From contig JALZUO010000037.1 in the NCBI GenBank assembly GCA_023301565.1, forward strand, positions 2,138 through 66,137: DNA of 64,000 nucleotides, read 5' to 3'. A model generated the notes under the pieces. It made no database searches and had not been told where the DNA came from. It worked only from the letters and a program-made list of their open reading frames with translations. Made by a program: the position numbers and the translations under genes. Origin of the DNA: Oligoflexales bacterium. GTDB taxonomy: Bacteria > Bdellovibrionota_B > Oligoflexia > Oligoflexales > JALZUQ01. Positions 8,506 through 18,132 of the stretch are shown here, piece by piece. The first letter of the stretch is position 1, and each line of letters opens with the position of its first letter.

Positions 8506-10281
8506 TCATAGAGCTACCTTTGGTGCAATAACTAAAGTAATCATATTAGCGTCTTGCCGAATAAGGCGGCTGGTCATCCCCGACATTTCCTCGAATGCTT
8601 CTATGTACTGGCGTAAAACTCTTTCCTCAAATTGGGTTCTTTGTTTCTTTGGTGAGCCCGAAATACCTAGAGCTATAGAGCCAGGCTTCGATGGCCTGAG
8701 GCTAGCTGTCAGAGTTCCCCCTGAAAGCTCAACCCTTGTTAAAGCGGACAGGTAATTGTGCCAATCAGAGACGGGGATATTTGTTTCTACAGTTTGACTG
8801 CTTGAGAGAGTTTCTGTGGTCAAGTGGCTAGGGAATGAAAATAGTTCATCCAGGGATACTAGCACTGCTTTTCCTGCGCTTGGTTTGAGGGTAGCAGTTT
8901 TTAGCATAGTTCCAATGTTACTATTCATTTTTGCGATTTTACTCAGTATGTCCCTGTATGCTTTAGAGTTTGGGTTGGATTTGTCGGTGGCTCCTAAGTA
9001 TTCAATGCCGCCTTGGATCTGCGCTATGGGAGTTTTTAAGTTGTGACTGATAAGAGACAAAAAATTCTTACGAATATCTACTGTGTTTTTAATCGCTACA
9101 GCTACAGTTTGCGAGCGCAGGCCGCGAAGACGTACCCAGAAAAGATGCAAGTACACGATGGATATAACGCTAAGGAAAAGAACCGAAGAAATAAAAAACT
9201 TTGGAATATATATATCTAAATACTGAATTTCTACATAGGAAATAGGTATTAGCATAACTAACAAAGCTAACATCGATAGAATGGAAGGGCCCAATCCTTG
9301 TGTTAGGTAGAGAAAAAGAATTAGTGCAGAGCACAAAAAGGCAATGGTGTTTTCTTGGGTTTTATTTGCAACATAGACACCTTTGTCTTGGCGTAGCATC
9401 GTGATGAAAGCTGCAAAGAAATTCGATAGCGGAACGCCAGTATCTTGTATTTTTCCGGAATACCAAAAACCATTGGTTTTAGCGTACCTTGTTCTTTGTA
9501 AGTCAATTTTGTTGTTTTCAAAGACCTTGGGCTGCGGCACATCGTTACCAAAAATGATTACATCTGCCGTTGTGGTAAAGTCTTTACTCAGAAACGTTTT
9601 AGCAGAGACTGCCTCTATTTTTTTTGGTGCAGGAAGGTTGAGTATAAGGTTGTCATACTGGTGTGTAAGATTCTTGCTTAGGTAGTTGTTCTTGGCATAT
9701 TTTTTATAAAGTTTGGTGAAAATCCAATTGTCCCAGTCTGGAATACTACATTGTATATTCATTTTATAGATACAGTCAGATGCTAGAGTAGTACTGTATT
9801 TTCTGTTGATTTCTTTGGGGACTTGAAACATATAGAAAAAAGAAGCAGTCAGGGTGATCTTGTCATGAATCATCAGCCTATCGACTATTTCGAATACTTC
9901 ATTTGTTTTGTTTATATGTAGTTGGTGAGCGCCCGAAAGCCAGCCAAGGATGATATCTTGTGCACCAAGAGCATCGGCTTTTTCAATCATTTCAGCATAT
10001 ACGCTTGCATCTAAATCTAAGAGCTTGCTCTTTTGAGTGGTTGGCAGAGATAGGGTGTCTTCAAGGGTGGCGTTGACCACCAATACGTCCTTGTATGGCC
10101 CTTCAGATTGGGAATCATATGATGTGTGTCGAAGGGCTAGTGCTAGTGCAGCACGCTCGCCTTTTGCAGCAATATTCTCTCTTTTATGGCCGGAATAGAC
10201 AATAGAAAGCAGAGAATAGTTGATTAAAATCAAAACCAGGATAGATGCCATGGTACTTAGATCAAATTTGTTTCTAAACAT
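8506..10281 (-). CDS. CHASE2-like membrane sensor with an intact HisKA H-box but a degenerate ATP-binding domain
   Basis: One N-terminal TM, about 270 aa periplasmic, then 3 TM. The H-box is FLSLISHNLKTPIAQIQGG (His codon 9043-9045). I could not recognise N/G1/F/G2 boxes in the C-terminal ~120 aa. Confidence 0.75.
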   Translation of the reverse strand: MFRNKFDLSTMASILVLILINYSLLSIVYSGHKRENIAAKGERAALALALRHTSYDSQSEGPYKDVLVVNATLEDTLSLPTTQKSKLLDLDASVYAEMIEKADALGAQDIILGWLSGAHQLHINKTNEVFEIVDRLMIHDKITLTASFFYMFQVPKEINRKYSTTLASDCIYKMNIQCSIPDWDNWIFTKLYKKYAKNNYLSKNLTHQYDNLILNLPAPKKIEAVSAKTFLSKDFTTTADVIIFGNDVPQPKVFENNKIDLQRTRYAKTNGFWYSGKIQDTGVPLSNFFAAFITMLRQDKGVYVANKTQENTIAFLCSALILFLYLTQGLGPSILSMLALLVMLIPISYVEIQYLDIYIPKFFISSVLFLSVISIVYLHLFWVRLRGLRSQTVAVAIKNTVDIRKNFLSLISHNLKTPIAQIQGGIEYLGATDKSNPNSKAYRDILSKIAKMNSNIGTMLKTATLKPSAGKAVLVSLDELFSFPSHLTTETLSSSQTVETNIPVSDWHNYLSALTRVELSGGTLTASLRPSKPGSIALGISGSPKKQRTQFEERVLRQYIEAFEEMSGMTSRLIRQDANMITLVIAPKVAL

Positions 10282-12079
10282 TTTTTGGCACCTTTACAGC
10301 AAAGGTTGAGCCTTCAGCGAGTTTGGAAGAGACTAAGTAGACATCCCCACCAAGCTGGTTTGCAAAAAGCTTCGATAGGTATAAGCCTATACCGCTGCCT
10401 TTTTCCTCATATACATGGTCATCTTTTACTCGGTAAAATTTTTCAAAGATTTTTTCTTGGTTCTCTTTATCTATCCCGTATCCATAGTCTTTGATGTGGA
10501 TAAGGACTTGGTTGGCTTTTATATAAGAAGATATTTCTATTTTCCCGCCTTTTGGAGAGTACTTTAAAGAGTTCGATATAAGGTTTTGAATGATTGTATC
10601 TAGCACTTCAGGGTTTGTTTTTAAGTGAAGTTTGCCATCTACATAGTTGATGATACGAATTGATTTTTGCCTGGCAGCGCTTTGAAAACGATCTATTATA
10701 CGCTCTGTAAGCTTTTTTAGGTATACTGGGTTAATAGTGCCTTTATCTACTTTGCCCATGTCGATGTCTGCCATCGTAGAGATGCCTTCGAGGAATTCTG
10801 CAAACTGCCTAGAAGACTTTCTAGTCCCTGCCAAGATTTCAGCTTGCGTGCCTGTAAACGATGTTGATTGTAGGGAACCAAGCTGGGTATCTATCTGCGA
10901 ATTGTTTTTGCTAAGGTATTTGGCAAGGTCAGAGATAAATATAGAGTATACAGAGTCTAGTTTTTCTCTTTGCTTAACTTTGAGTACTTGCTTTTCTTTT
11001 TGCATAAACTGGTTTTCAGCAAATCTTGCAACCATCATGATCTGAGAAAAAAGTGCAAATATGCAGAAATCTGCGCTTGGCAGGTATACAGAATAGAAGT
11101 GCAAACTAAGCATGCCAAGTATGATGATCAAAAATATTAGAACAGTGGGGTAGAGGGATTTTTCTACCTTTGTCTTTAGCAAGATAGAGACAAACAATAG
11201 AGCTGCGATAATTTGCAAAAACAAGGAGAGTGGAGTCGCGGCTATATGAATTTGTTTTTTCTGGACGATATTTTGCGCTTGCAGTGAAGCAAATTCAAGT
11301 ACCGAAACTCCCTCGGCTACGTTGTAAGGGTTGTTTCGGTAGGGGGTGTTGACGGTGGTTGGTTCTAGGGTCTGTGTGGCCCAGGGCTTGTAAGTCTTCT
11401 GCCCGATGAGGATAATGTCATACTTTGCTAGTGGGGGAAGCTCTGTAATAGAGGCGATGGTTTTCGTATTTATTTTTATATTACGTAGCGCTATCTGTTG
11501 GGGCAGGTTTTTAGGTTGTCTGCTTTTCATGAGGTCGTGCGCAAATAAAAATGATTTTTCTGTTCCCTGGTAGGCCGTCGTAGGAACCGTTCTTACAATC
11601 TCATAGGATCTGTTTCGTAGGGCGTCTATCCCAAGTATGTTTTTTCTGTAGTTAGCTAGGTGTACCGGGAAGTCTAACGATATGGGGTGTTTTTGGTTTA
11701 GAGCCAGCGTCAGGAGTTTTACATTTTTATGAGTAGACAAGACCTCTTTTAAAAATGCAGGGAGTCTTTTTTGATAATCATACTCAGACAGCAGATACGT
11801 GGCATAGATATCTGGTATGCCTGCCTTGAGGGCTTCACCGATAACATTGGTCAGTAAGCTCACTTTTTGCGATGGCGTTGATTGTTCGGTATCAAGAGCG
11901 AGGGTTAGGATCTTCTCTGTGGGTTTTAAGGCCGGTACAGATGTAACGGTTAGATCAAACAGAAACTCTTCGGTTTGCTTGCGCAAATCAGAAGTATAAA
12001 ATGCTAGCCCAACCATCAAGAAAAGAATGGCTAGGTAGAGGATGACTTTATTCTGAAAAGGGTTTTGCAATTTAACCAC
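10274..12079 (-). CDS. CHASE2-like membrane sensor kinase paralog with an intact HATPase_c domain but no phospho-acceptor His
   Basis: Same topology as the downstream paralog. N box NLISNSLKYS, G1 DYGYGI, F FEKFYR, G2 GSGIGLYL. The H-box position reads SIFISDLAKYLS (Asp codon 10928-10930). It overlaps the next gene's start by 8 nt. Confidence 0.8.
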   Translation of the reverse strand: MVKLQNPFQNKVILYLAILFLMVGLAFYTSDLRKQTEEFLFDLTVTSVPALKPTEKILTLALDTEQSTPSQKVSLLTNVIGEALKAGIPDIYATYLLSEYDYQKRLPAFLKEVLSTHKNVKLLTLALNQKHPISLDFPVHLANYRKNILGIDALRNRSYEIVRTVPTTAYQGTEKSFLFAHDLMKSRQPKNLPQQIALRNIKINTKTIASITELPPLAKYDIILIGQKTYKPWATQTLEPTTVNTPYRNNPYNVAEGVSVLEFASLQAQNIVQKKQIHIAATPLSLFLQIIAALLFVSILLKTKVEKSLYPTVLIFLIIILGMLSLHFYSVYLPSADFCIFALFSQIMMVARFAENQFMQKEKQVLKVKQREKLDSVYSIFISDLAKYLSKNNSQIDTQLGSLQSTSFTGTQAEILAGTRKSSRQFAEFLEGISTMADIDMGKVDKGTINPVYLKKLTERIIDRFQSAARQKSIRIINYVDGKLHLKTNPEVLDTIIQNLISNSLKYSPKGGKIEISSYIKANQVLIHIKDYGYGIDKENQEKIFEKFYRVKDDHVYEEKGSGIGLYLSKLFANQLGGDVYLVSSKLAEGSTFAVKVPKNV

Positions 12080-12153
12080 CTCTGGAGAAGTGGTATTGTA
12101 CTTTTTTTAAGCACTTTGTCACGAATGAAATATAAATTGTGGTTAATATTGGG

Positions 12154-12978
12154 TTATTTGGCCTTGTGCGCATATGCCTGCATGACGGAGTCGTAGACTA
12201 TCGCATGGTTATTTTCCATAGCCCGCTGGAAGCCAGCATTCATTTCTTTCCTGAGGTTTTGATCGACATAGCCAGCATCAATGAGCCTCTCCGCACTACT
12301 ATCGAGCAGATCTCTCCAGTCTTCTAGGACTTGGTGGCGAAGGGCTGGCTCTCGCCCGTCAATATGAGTGTTCAGTACTTTGGTTTGAATGTCCGTGTAG
12401 CCTGCTGTCTTTAAAAGTTGGCCGAGTTTTACCCCAACAAATGGGTCACCTGTTTTTTCATATTGGTAGTCGTTAAAAGCCATCCAGTACTTCCAAACAT
12501 TAGGTGAATACGGGTCAAGGAAAAAAGTGAAGTTCATGACTTCTGTAATGTAGACCTTGCCGCCAGGCTTAAGTACTCGAAGTGCTTCTTGCAGGACTTT
12601 TACAGGCTTTTTCGTGTGTTCGAGCATAAAGCAAATAAAGACCGTATCAAACGTTCCGCCTTTAAACTGCATGTCAGTTGCATCCATCGATTGAGTGCTC
12701 CAGCGAGCCTCAAGGTGGGGTGATTTAGCTAGGTAGTGCTTCGCACTAGAAAGTTGGTGCTCACTAAAGTCAATGCTTGTGAGTTCGATTTTGGGGAAGC
12801 GGCGAAGTAAAATCTCCGTTTGGGCCCCGACCCCGCAGCCCACTTCTAAAACAGACTGATTTTGATATAGGTTGATATCGGCATAGACGTTTGGCTCAAA
12901 TAGGCCCGCTTGCCTTATCAGTCGATCGGTTTCTTTTTGGTTGTATCCGTGAAGATAGCCTTTTTTGGGTGTTTCCAT
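12154..12978 (-). CDS. class I SAM-dependent methyltransferase
   Basis: 274 aa. Motif I is VLEVGCGVGAQTE, followed by LKPGGKVYI (post-I/II motifs). Confidence 0.8.
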   Translation of the reverse strand: METPKKGYLHGYNQKETDRLIRQAGLFEPNVYADINLYQNQSVLEVGCGVGAQTEILLRRFPKIELTSIDFSEHQLSSAKHYLAKSPHLEARWSTQSMDATDMQFKGGTFDTVFICFMLEHTKKPVKVLQEALRVLKPGGKVYITEVMNFTFFLDPYSPNVWKYWMAFNDYQYEKTGDPFVGVKLGQLLKTAGYTDIQTKVLNTHIDGREPALRHQVLEDWRDLLDSSAERLIDAGYVDQNLRKEMNAGFQRAMENNHAIVYDSVMQAYAHKAK

Positions 12979-13167
12979 ATCATCTCCTAATTAGTTGATT
13001 TTACGATAAAAATCATCATCGTGGCTATATGCTGGCCGTCTTGGCAGGCAAAGAGTTGGTGGGTATGGATTAGCTGTTTGTTTTTAGGGCATTTGTGGTA
13101 CATTCGGCCCAACTGCTCGTAGCCTCTAGTCATAGAAGGCTGCCAGGGATTTTAGGAGGCTTCTAGC

Positions 13168-14937
13168 TTGCAACACACCGAAAATGCATCCTTGCGAGAA
13201 ATAACAGCAAAAAGAGTGCGGGTACTGTCTCAAGGGACAGAAACTTTACCCATAAAAAAAACAAACTCTTTAAGCTCGCAGTTGGGCAACCCCGAAGATC
13301 GTGCCGTTAAAACCTTAGATGATGCATTGATGTCCGAACATCCATTGCAGCGAGTCCAAGAAATAGCTCCTCAGGTTCTATACTTTGGTCTTAAAAAAAC
13401 TACGGCTGAAAACCTGGTTCAAGCAATGCAGTACTGCAGTCCGGAACAGTGGCAGCGTATAGTTGATTATGATTGTTGGAACGAAGACAGGCTTAGGCTT
13501 CCGGCTCTAGCGTCTTGGCTACTTGTGTACAGGGCGATGGACGGCGAAGGAAAAGCATTTCTTGAGCGCTTTAAGCAGTTGGGTGATGAGCTTCAAACTG
13601 CAAGTGTTTGCGGTCAGTTCGATCTTATAAATGAAGATGAATATGATAAAATGCCGGACCACGAACGTGATAGTTTTGTTCCACTTCCCGGTCATGCTGG
13701 ATACTATAAAACCTCTACTAGCGATGAGCGCATGCAAGAGTTTTTCGATGCTTTGATCAACTCATCTTTTCAAAACGACATGCACTATGCATTTTCTATA
13801 CTTGGGCACGGTGCTTTTAGCCCTCCTCAAGAGTCTGAGTACCAAGCGATGCGGTTTCGCAAAGCTAGGGTTGAAGAAGACGGGTTTGTCGATAAAGATG
13901 ACGCTCTGCGCTTTTGGAAGCCAACAGGCATAATGCGAAAAGATATTTCTGCTTACTGTGAAGCAAGCTTTACAGATGCAGCTACAACCACAAATACAAA
14001 TAAAGGCGAAGCATTGACTGAATGCTCAGAACAAGGATCGTTTTTAGATCGTTGTTTGTCTCTGCTAGGTTCTCCATCGCTTGGTGAAGATGTTCTTCAG
14101 CAAAAGCTGCTTCTTTTTGCAAACTCAATTGCATCGGCTGTCGGCTTTGAAGTTTACGAGTTAGGTCGGTCAAGTAAAAGTTTGGAGCTGGCTAAAGGTG
14201 CTCTTTCCTTGGGCCTTGAAAAAATGGCAAATAGGGACCCTTCGGTTGGAGCTAAACTGTTGGTTGATGAAAACTGGCAAACCCTGTTTCAGGTTGGGAC
14301 TGGGATCACAGATTTTTTTCGTTTAAGAGTTTTAGATATGCTTCGCAGCGCATTTGGTGCAAAGGTTGATCAATTGACCGAGTTTCATGAAACTCGCTCA
14401 TTTGGCAAAGCGCTTCTTTGGATAGATCAAGAGTTGAATGGCCCGCTTGAATCGGCGCATTGCGACTTGTTGAGGGGGTTGTTTAACCGGTTTCCGTTGG
14501 CTGGCGACGCTTCGGCAGCTTCAAGGGGAGGCGTCGAACAAGCAGAGCTGGAAGTGATTTCGGATTTTGCCTCTTTGCGGTCCTTAGGTGCCCAAATTGA
14601 TGCCGTTCTTTCTATGGTTCAATTTTTCAAGAATCAGTCTAGCGTAGAACTTCTTAGCTCTTTTGAGGCGATCCGCTCTAGCCTGATTTTGTCTACAAGG
14701 CTGAAGCAAGAAAAAAGTCTTGATTGGGGGTTGACCGTAAACGAGAGCGACCTAGCAAGGTGGAAAGATTTTTCACCGAATGATAAAGCAGCTGCGACCT
14801 ATACGCTTTTAAGCCGTATGCAAAAAGATTTCCCAAGTGTCGAGCAGTCGATGTTTGCAGGGATATTAGGTGATGCAGTTGGCGGTAAGCAATTTTCATT
14901 GATGGAAAGTGGAGAGTTATTTTATGCATTTGGGTAA
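13168..14937 (+). CDS. hypothetical protein (589 aa, acidic, soluble)
   Basis: TTG start preceded by TAGGAGG with 9-nt spacing. Long uninterrupted ORF with ordinary protein-like composition. I can name no motif. Confidence 0.6.
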   Translation: MQHTENASLREITAKRVRVLSQGTETLPIKKTNSLSSQLGNPEDRAVKTLDDALMSEHPLQRVQEIAPQVLYFGLKKTTAENLVQAMQYCSPEQWQRIVDYDCWNEDRLRLPALASWLLVYRAMDGEGKAFLERFKQLGDELQTASVCGQFDLINEDEYDKMPDHERDSFVPLPGHAGYYKTSTSDERMQEFFDALINSSFQNDMHYAFSILGHGAFSPPQESEYQAMRFRKARVEEDGFVDKDDALRFWKPTGIMRKDISAYCEASFTDAATTTNTNKGEALTECSEQGSFLDRCLSLLGSPSLGEDVLQQKLLLFANSIASAVGFEVYELGRSSKSLELAKGALSLGLEKMANRDPSVGAKLLVDENWQTLFQVGTGITDFFRLRVLDMLRSAFGAKVDQLTEFHETRSFGKALLWIDQELNGPLESAHCDLLRGLFNRFPLAGDASAASRGGVEQAELEVISDFASLRSLGAQIDAVLSMVQFFKNQSSVELLSSFEAIRSSLILSTRLKQEKSLDWGLTVNESDLARWKDFSPNDKAAATYTLLSRMQKDFPSVEQSMFAGILGDAVGGKQFSLMESGELFYAFG

Positions 14938-15403
14938 TTGGAAAGTGGAATCTTTTTCACGCGAGTTTTCGGAGGTTTTAAAAAAATCAGATGAGATTTT
15001 GGCCTTAGAAACTCTGCTTAACGAGAAGCATGGCGCACAAAGAAACTCGCGCCAGTTCTACGTAAGTGTCGGTTACCGCGCGCCCTGGGTTGGTGTAGAA
15101 GTTGTTTTGCAGTCTTTAGACCAAAAGTTTTATTACCCCGTACAAGCTGTCGCAGAATACAAAAAGTCGGGACCGAGCAAACAAGACCTGGCTAGCTTTC
15201 TATTGGATTTCATCGACCTTTATTTTTCTGAGTATTTAGAAGATGACCAAACCTTGGTACCTATTGATTGGACTGAGTTTGAGTGCGAAGGTGTGCCGCT
15301 GTTTATGCGTGGGCAAATACTCAACAAAAAGCTAGAAAACCAGGCTAATGAACTTTTGGGTTTATCTGTAGGGTCTAACGCTGGCACAAAAGACTTGCAC
15401 TAA
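14924..15403 (+). CDS. hypothetical protein (159 aa), translationally coupled to the upstream ORF
   Basis: ATG at 14924 lies inside the last codons of the 589-aa ORF (14-nt overlap, ATGCATTTGGGTAA). The track start at 14909 is probably an over-extension. Confidence 0.5.
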   Translation: MHLGNWKVESFSREFSEVLKKSDEILALETLLNEKHGAQRNSRQFYVSVGYRAPWVGVEVVLQSLDQKFYYPVQAVAEYKKSGPSKQDLASFLLDFIDLYFSEYLEDDQTLVPIDWTEFECEGVPLFMRGQILNKKLENQANELLGLSVGSNAGTKDLH

Positions 15404-15434
15404 CGTTACATTTTCTAAGTTTTAGGTTTTTCTA

Positions 15435-17336
15435 TCAAGTACTTAAGTAAGGATAACCCTCAAAGCTATTTCGTATTATCCCCATAATTCGCTCGTTTTC
15501 GGCTGCGCTGAGCTCGCCGGCAGCGAGTTGTTTTTTATAGGATTTGCGCATTTCTTCCGCCGAAAAGTTTCTGCACATAAGCAGCTCGCTAATGGGGTCG
15601 CCTTCGGTGATTTTTTCACAGCTTACTCCAGCCTCATCTAGGCGAACTTCAGCTTCGTGGATGGCGCCAAACAAATTATGTTCGTTGGCCAGACTTTCTT
15701 GATAAGCTCCAACCAGAAAAAAACCAATATAGTAGGGCTTTCCGTCAGGTGTATGAAGGTCTAATACATCTTTGACAGACTTTTGATCAATGAAACGGTC
15801 CAGGCATCCGTCTGAGTCACAGGTGATGTCTACAATCGTAGCTTTGTGGCTTGGTACCTCATCATGCCTGCTAAGAGGCATCACTGGAAATAGCTGATCG
15901 ATGGACCAAGCGTCTGGAATACTTTGAAACATCGAAAAATTTGCTAGGTACTTGGTGACCATAGCTTTTTGCAGTTGACGAAACTCTTCTGGTTGGTGTT
16001 TTTCCCGAAGAGAGCAGACTACAGCTTTTTGGCAAATACTATAAAAAAGTCTTTCGCCATAGGCTCTTTGCCGTAAGTCAATCTGCCCGAGGTTAAACAA
16101 GGTGTGCATCTCTTCTTGAAATGCTACAGCGTCGTGGTAGTACTCGACATAGTTTTTTTGGCTTAGCTCTTTGTGAGCTTCCTCAAACTCAACTAAAATA
16201 CTCGGCATCTTCTCGCCGGCCTCTACTTCATAAGGAATTGGGTCTTCACCCGGGCTTTGTACTTCGCGTATATCAGTAATTACCACAGAGTGATAAGCGG
16301 CTATGACACGCCCGCTTTCTGTCACAATTATCGGTCGAGGTACGTCTTCGTCTTCGCATACCTGTAGGATGTTATAGACAGCGTCACTGGCAAATTCGTT
16401 GAGAGAGTAGTTAGCGCTGGACTGGGCAGAAGATTTACTGCCGTCGTAGTCGACTCCAATCCCGCCGCCAATGTTTAGATATTTAGGTGCAAACCCCATC
16501 TTGACCACTTTGGCATATATGCGCGACCCTTCTTTAATCGCATTTTTAATACGCCGGATCTGGGTTATCTGAGAGCCGTTATGAAAGTGGAGCATCGACA
16601 GTGTGCCAACCATGTCGTTTTCTTTTAACATGCGAAGGCAGTGCAGGGTCTCGTTGGTTGAAAGACCAAACTTACTTCCATCCCCTGAAGACTTCTCCCA
16701 TTTTCCAGAGCTTCGGGAATAAAGCCGGACACGAAGGCCAATCTGTGGACAAAACTTTGCAAGATCAGGTTCGCTTTTCATCAAAGCAAGAAAGATTTCA
16801 AGCTCGTCTGGCCCCTCGATCACGACCGTTATGTTTTTGCCCATGGCTTTAGCGACAAAACAAAGTCGAATGTATTCTTTGTCTTTAAAGCCATTGCAGA
16901 TCATCAGAGCGTTAGGGCTAAGTTTATAGCTTAGAGCAGCAATGAACTCGGTTTTACTTCCGACTTCTAGGCCGTAGCTAAAACTTTTACCGCTTTGCAC
17001 AATAGAGTCGATAAACTCTCTGCGTTGGTTCACTTTAAATGGAAACACACCTAGATGGGACCCCTGGTATTCATTGTCTTGCATTGCCTTGGCAAAGGCC
17101 TCGTGCATGGTTGCAATTTGGCCGTGGACAATCTGCGGAAACCTAAGGATTAGCGGGGTGGAAATGCCATCAGACTTTTTAAGCTTTTCTACAAGGTTTG
17201 CCATCTCAATAGACTTGGTCTTGTCTTTTGTCGGGTAGCACTCGACGTTTCCAGCTGGGTTGATGCCGAAATAACCGGCGCTCCAGTCGTCGATGGCGTA
17301 AGATTCACGAGCTTGTTGAATAATAAGAGGGTTCAT
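15435..17336 (-). CDS. speA: biosynthetic arginine decarboxylase
   Basis: 633 aa. The N-terminus ESYAIDDWSAGYFGINPAGNVECYP and the overall length and layout are typical of SpeA (PLP-dependent, alanine racemase fold). Confidence 0.9.
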   Translation of the reverse strand: MNPLIIQQARESYAIDDWSAGYFGINPAGNVECYPTKDKTKSIEMANLVEKLKKSDGISTPLILRFPQIVHGQIATMHEAFAKAMQDNEYQGSHLGVFPFKVNQRREFIDSIVQSGKSFSYGLEVGSKTEFIAALSYKLSPNALMICNGFKDKEYIRLCFVAKAMGKNITVVIEGPDELEIFLALMKSEPDLAKFCPQIGLRVRLYSRSSGKWEKSSGDGSKFGLSTNETLHCLRMLKENDMVGTLSMLHFHNGSQITQIRRIKNAIKEGSRIYAKVVKMGFAPKYLNIGGGIGVDYDGSKSSAQSSANYSLNEFASDAVYNILQVCEDEDVPRPIIVTESGRVIAAYHSVVITDIREVQSPGEDPIPYEVEAGEKMPSILVEFEEAHKELSQKNYVEYYHDAVAFQEEMHTLFNLGQIDLRQRAYGERLFYSICQKAVVCSLREKHQPEEFRQLQKAMVTKYLANFSMFQSIPDAWSIDQLFPVMPLSRHDEVPSHKATIVDITCDSDGCLDRFIDQKSVKDVLDLHTPDGKPYYIGFFLVGAYQESLANEHNLFGAIHEAEVRLDEAGVSCEKITEGDPISELLMCRNFSAEEMRKSYKKQLAAGELSAAENERIMGIIRNSFEGYPYLST

Positions 17337-17518
17337 GGCAAAACGTATTCCTACTCAGACCGCATTGGTAGAGGTAAACTTAAAGGCCAACTGCCCATGC
17401 AATCGCCGGTGCGAAAATGGGGTTGTCAGGGCGATCTTAAAGCAAGAAGGGCAAGCTTTCCAGCCAATTTAACGGATATGAAGAAGCGGTCAGCCATCAC
17501 TAGAAGGACTTGTAAGTT

Positions 17519-18106
17519 ATGAAGATCATTGGTGGATTACTAAAGGGTCACCCGCTAACTGTTTTAGGTGGCGAGGAAACTAGGCCAACAAGCGCGAAAG
17601 CTCGTGATGCCTTGATGCAAGTACTGAACACGGTTGTCCCCGAATCGTCTTTCGTAGATCTATTTGCAGGGTCTGGTGCTGTGGGTATGGAGGCTTTGAG
17701 TCGCGGAGCGAGCGAGGTTATTTTTTATGAGCTTGATAAAGGTGCGAGCAAAGCTATCAAGCAAAACATGGATATGGCTATACGTTCTTTTGCAAAACAG
17801 GGGCTTCCAAAACCCAGCTGTATCTTGCGTCCTGTGGATGCTTTCAAAAGCTTTGAAGGCTGGTCAAAGTATGAGGTGGTTTTTGCAGATCCTCCTTATG
17901 AAAGTAGCGAGTTGTTTACATCGCAGCTAATGAAAAACTTGCGACTAAAGCCTGCTCAAATGCAAACAATTGTTTGTGAGTATGACCAGCGTGACCATGA
18001 TAAGATAGAAAATAGTTTGAGGCTGTGCCCTGATGGGTGGAATTTGAAGTTTCGTTCTTACGGCCGCAATTCATTTTATTTCTTGCAGCGGGAAGATCAG
18101 CAGTAG
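17519..18106 (+). CDS. rsmD: 16S rRNA (guanine966-N2)-methyltransferase
   Basis: DLFAGSGAVGMEALSRGA and FADPPY motifs. Classic rsmD-coaD synteny. Confidence 0.85.
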   Translation: MKIIGGLLKGHPLTVLGGEETRPTSAKARDALMQVLNTVVPESSFVDLFAGSGAVGMEALSRGASEVIFYELDKGASKAIKQNMDMAIRSFAKQGLPKPSCILRPVDAFKSFEGWSKYEVVFADPPYESSELFTSQLMKNLRLKPAQMQTIVCEYDQRDHDKIENSLRLCPDGWNLKFRSYGRNSFYFLQREDQQ

Positions 18107-18132
18107 CTCATGATAGGAAAAGGAAGGTAAAA

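Noticed and set aside
10284-10300. Sigma-54 promoter-like TGGCAC hits: TGGCACCTTTACAGC here, TGGCAC-N7-TTGCA at about 15382, and TGGACGCTATAGGCG at about 49293.
   Set aside because: They have the wrong spacing or -12 element. The first two lie inside coding sequence or on the wrong strand for any downstream gene.
18037-18132. Longest-ORF N-terminal extensions of coaD. The same issue applies to uvrA (36244-36312), tlyA (29178-29243), panB (39244-39315), the thioredoxin-like gene (52668-52715) and the lipoprotein gene (20666-20710).
   Set aside because: The internal starts reproduce the conserved family N-termini or signal peptides and have better SD sequences. The extensions overlap upstream genes.
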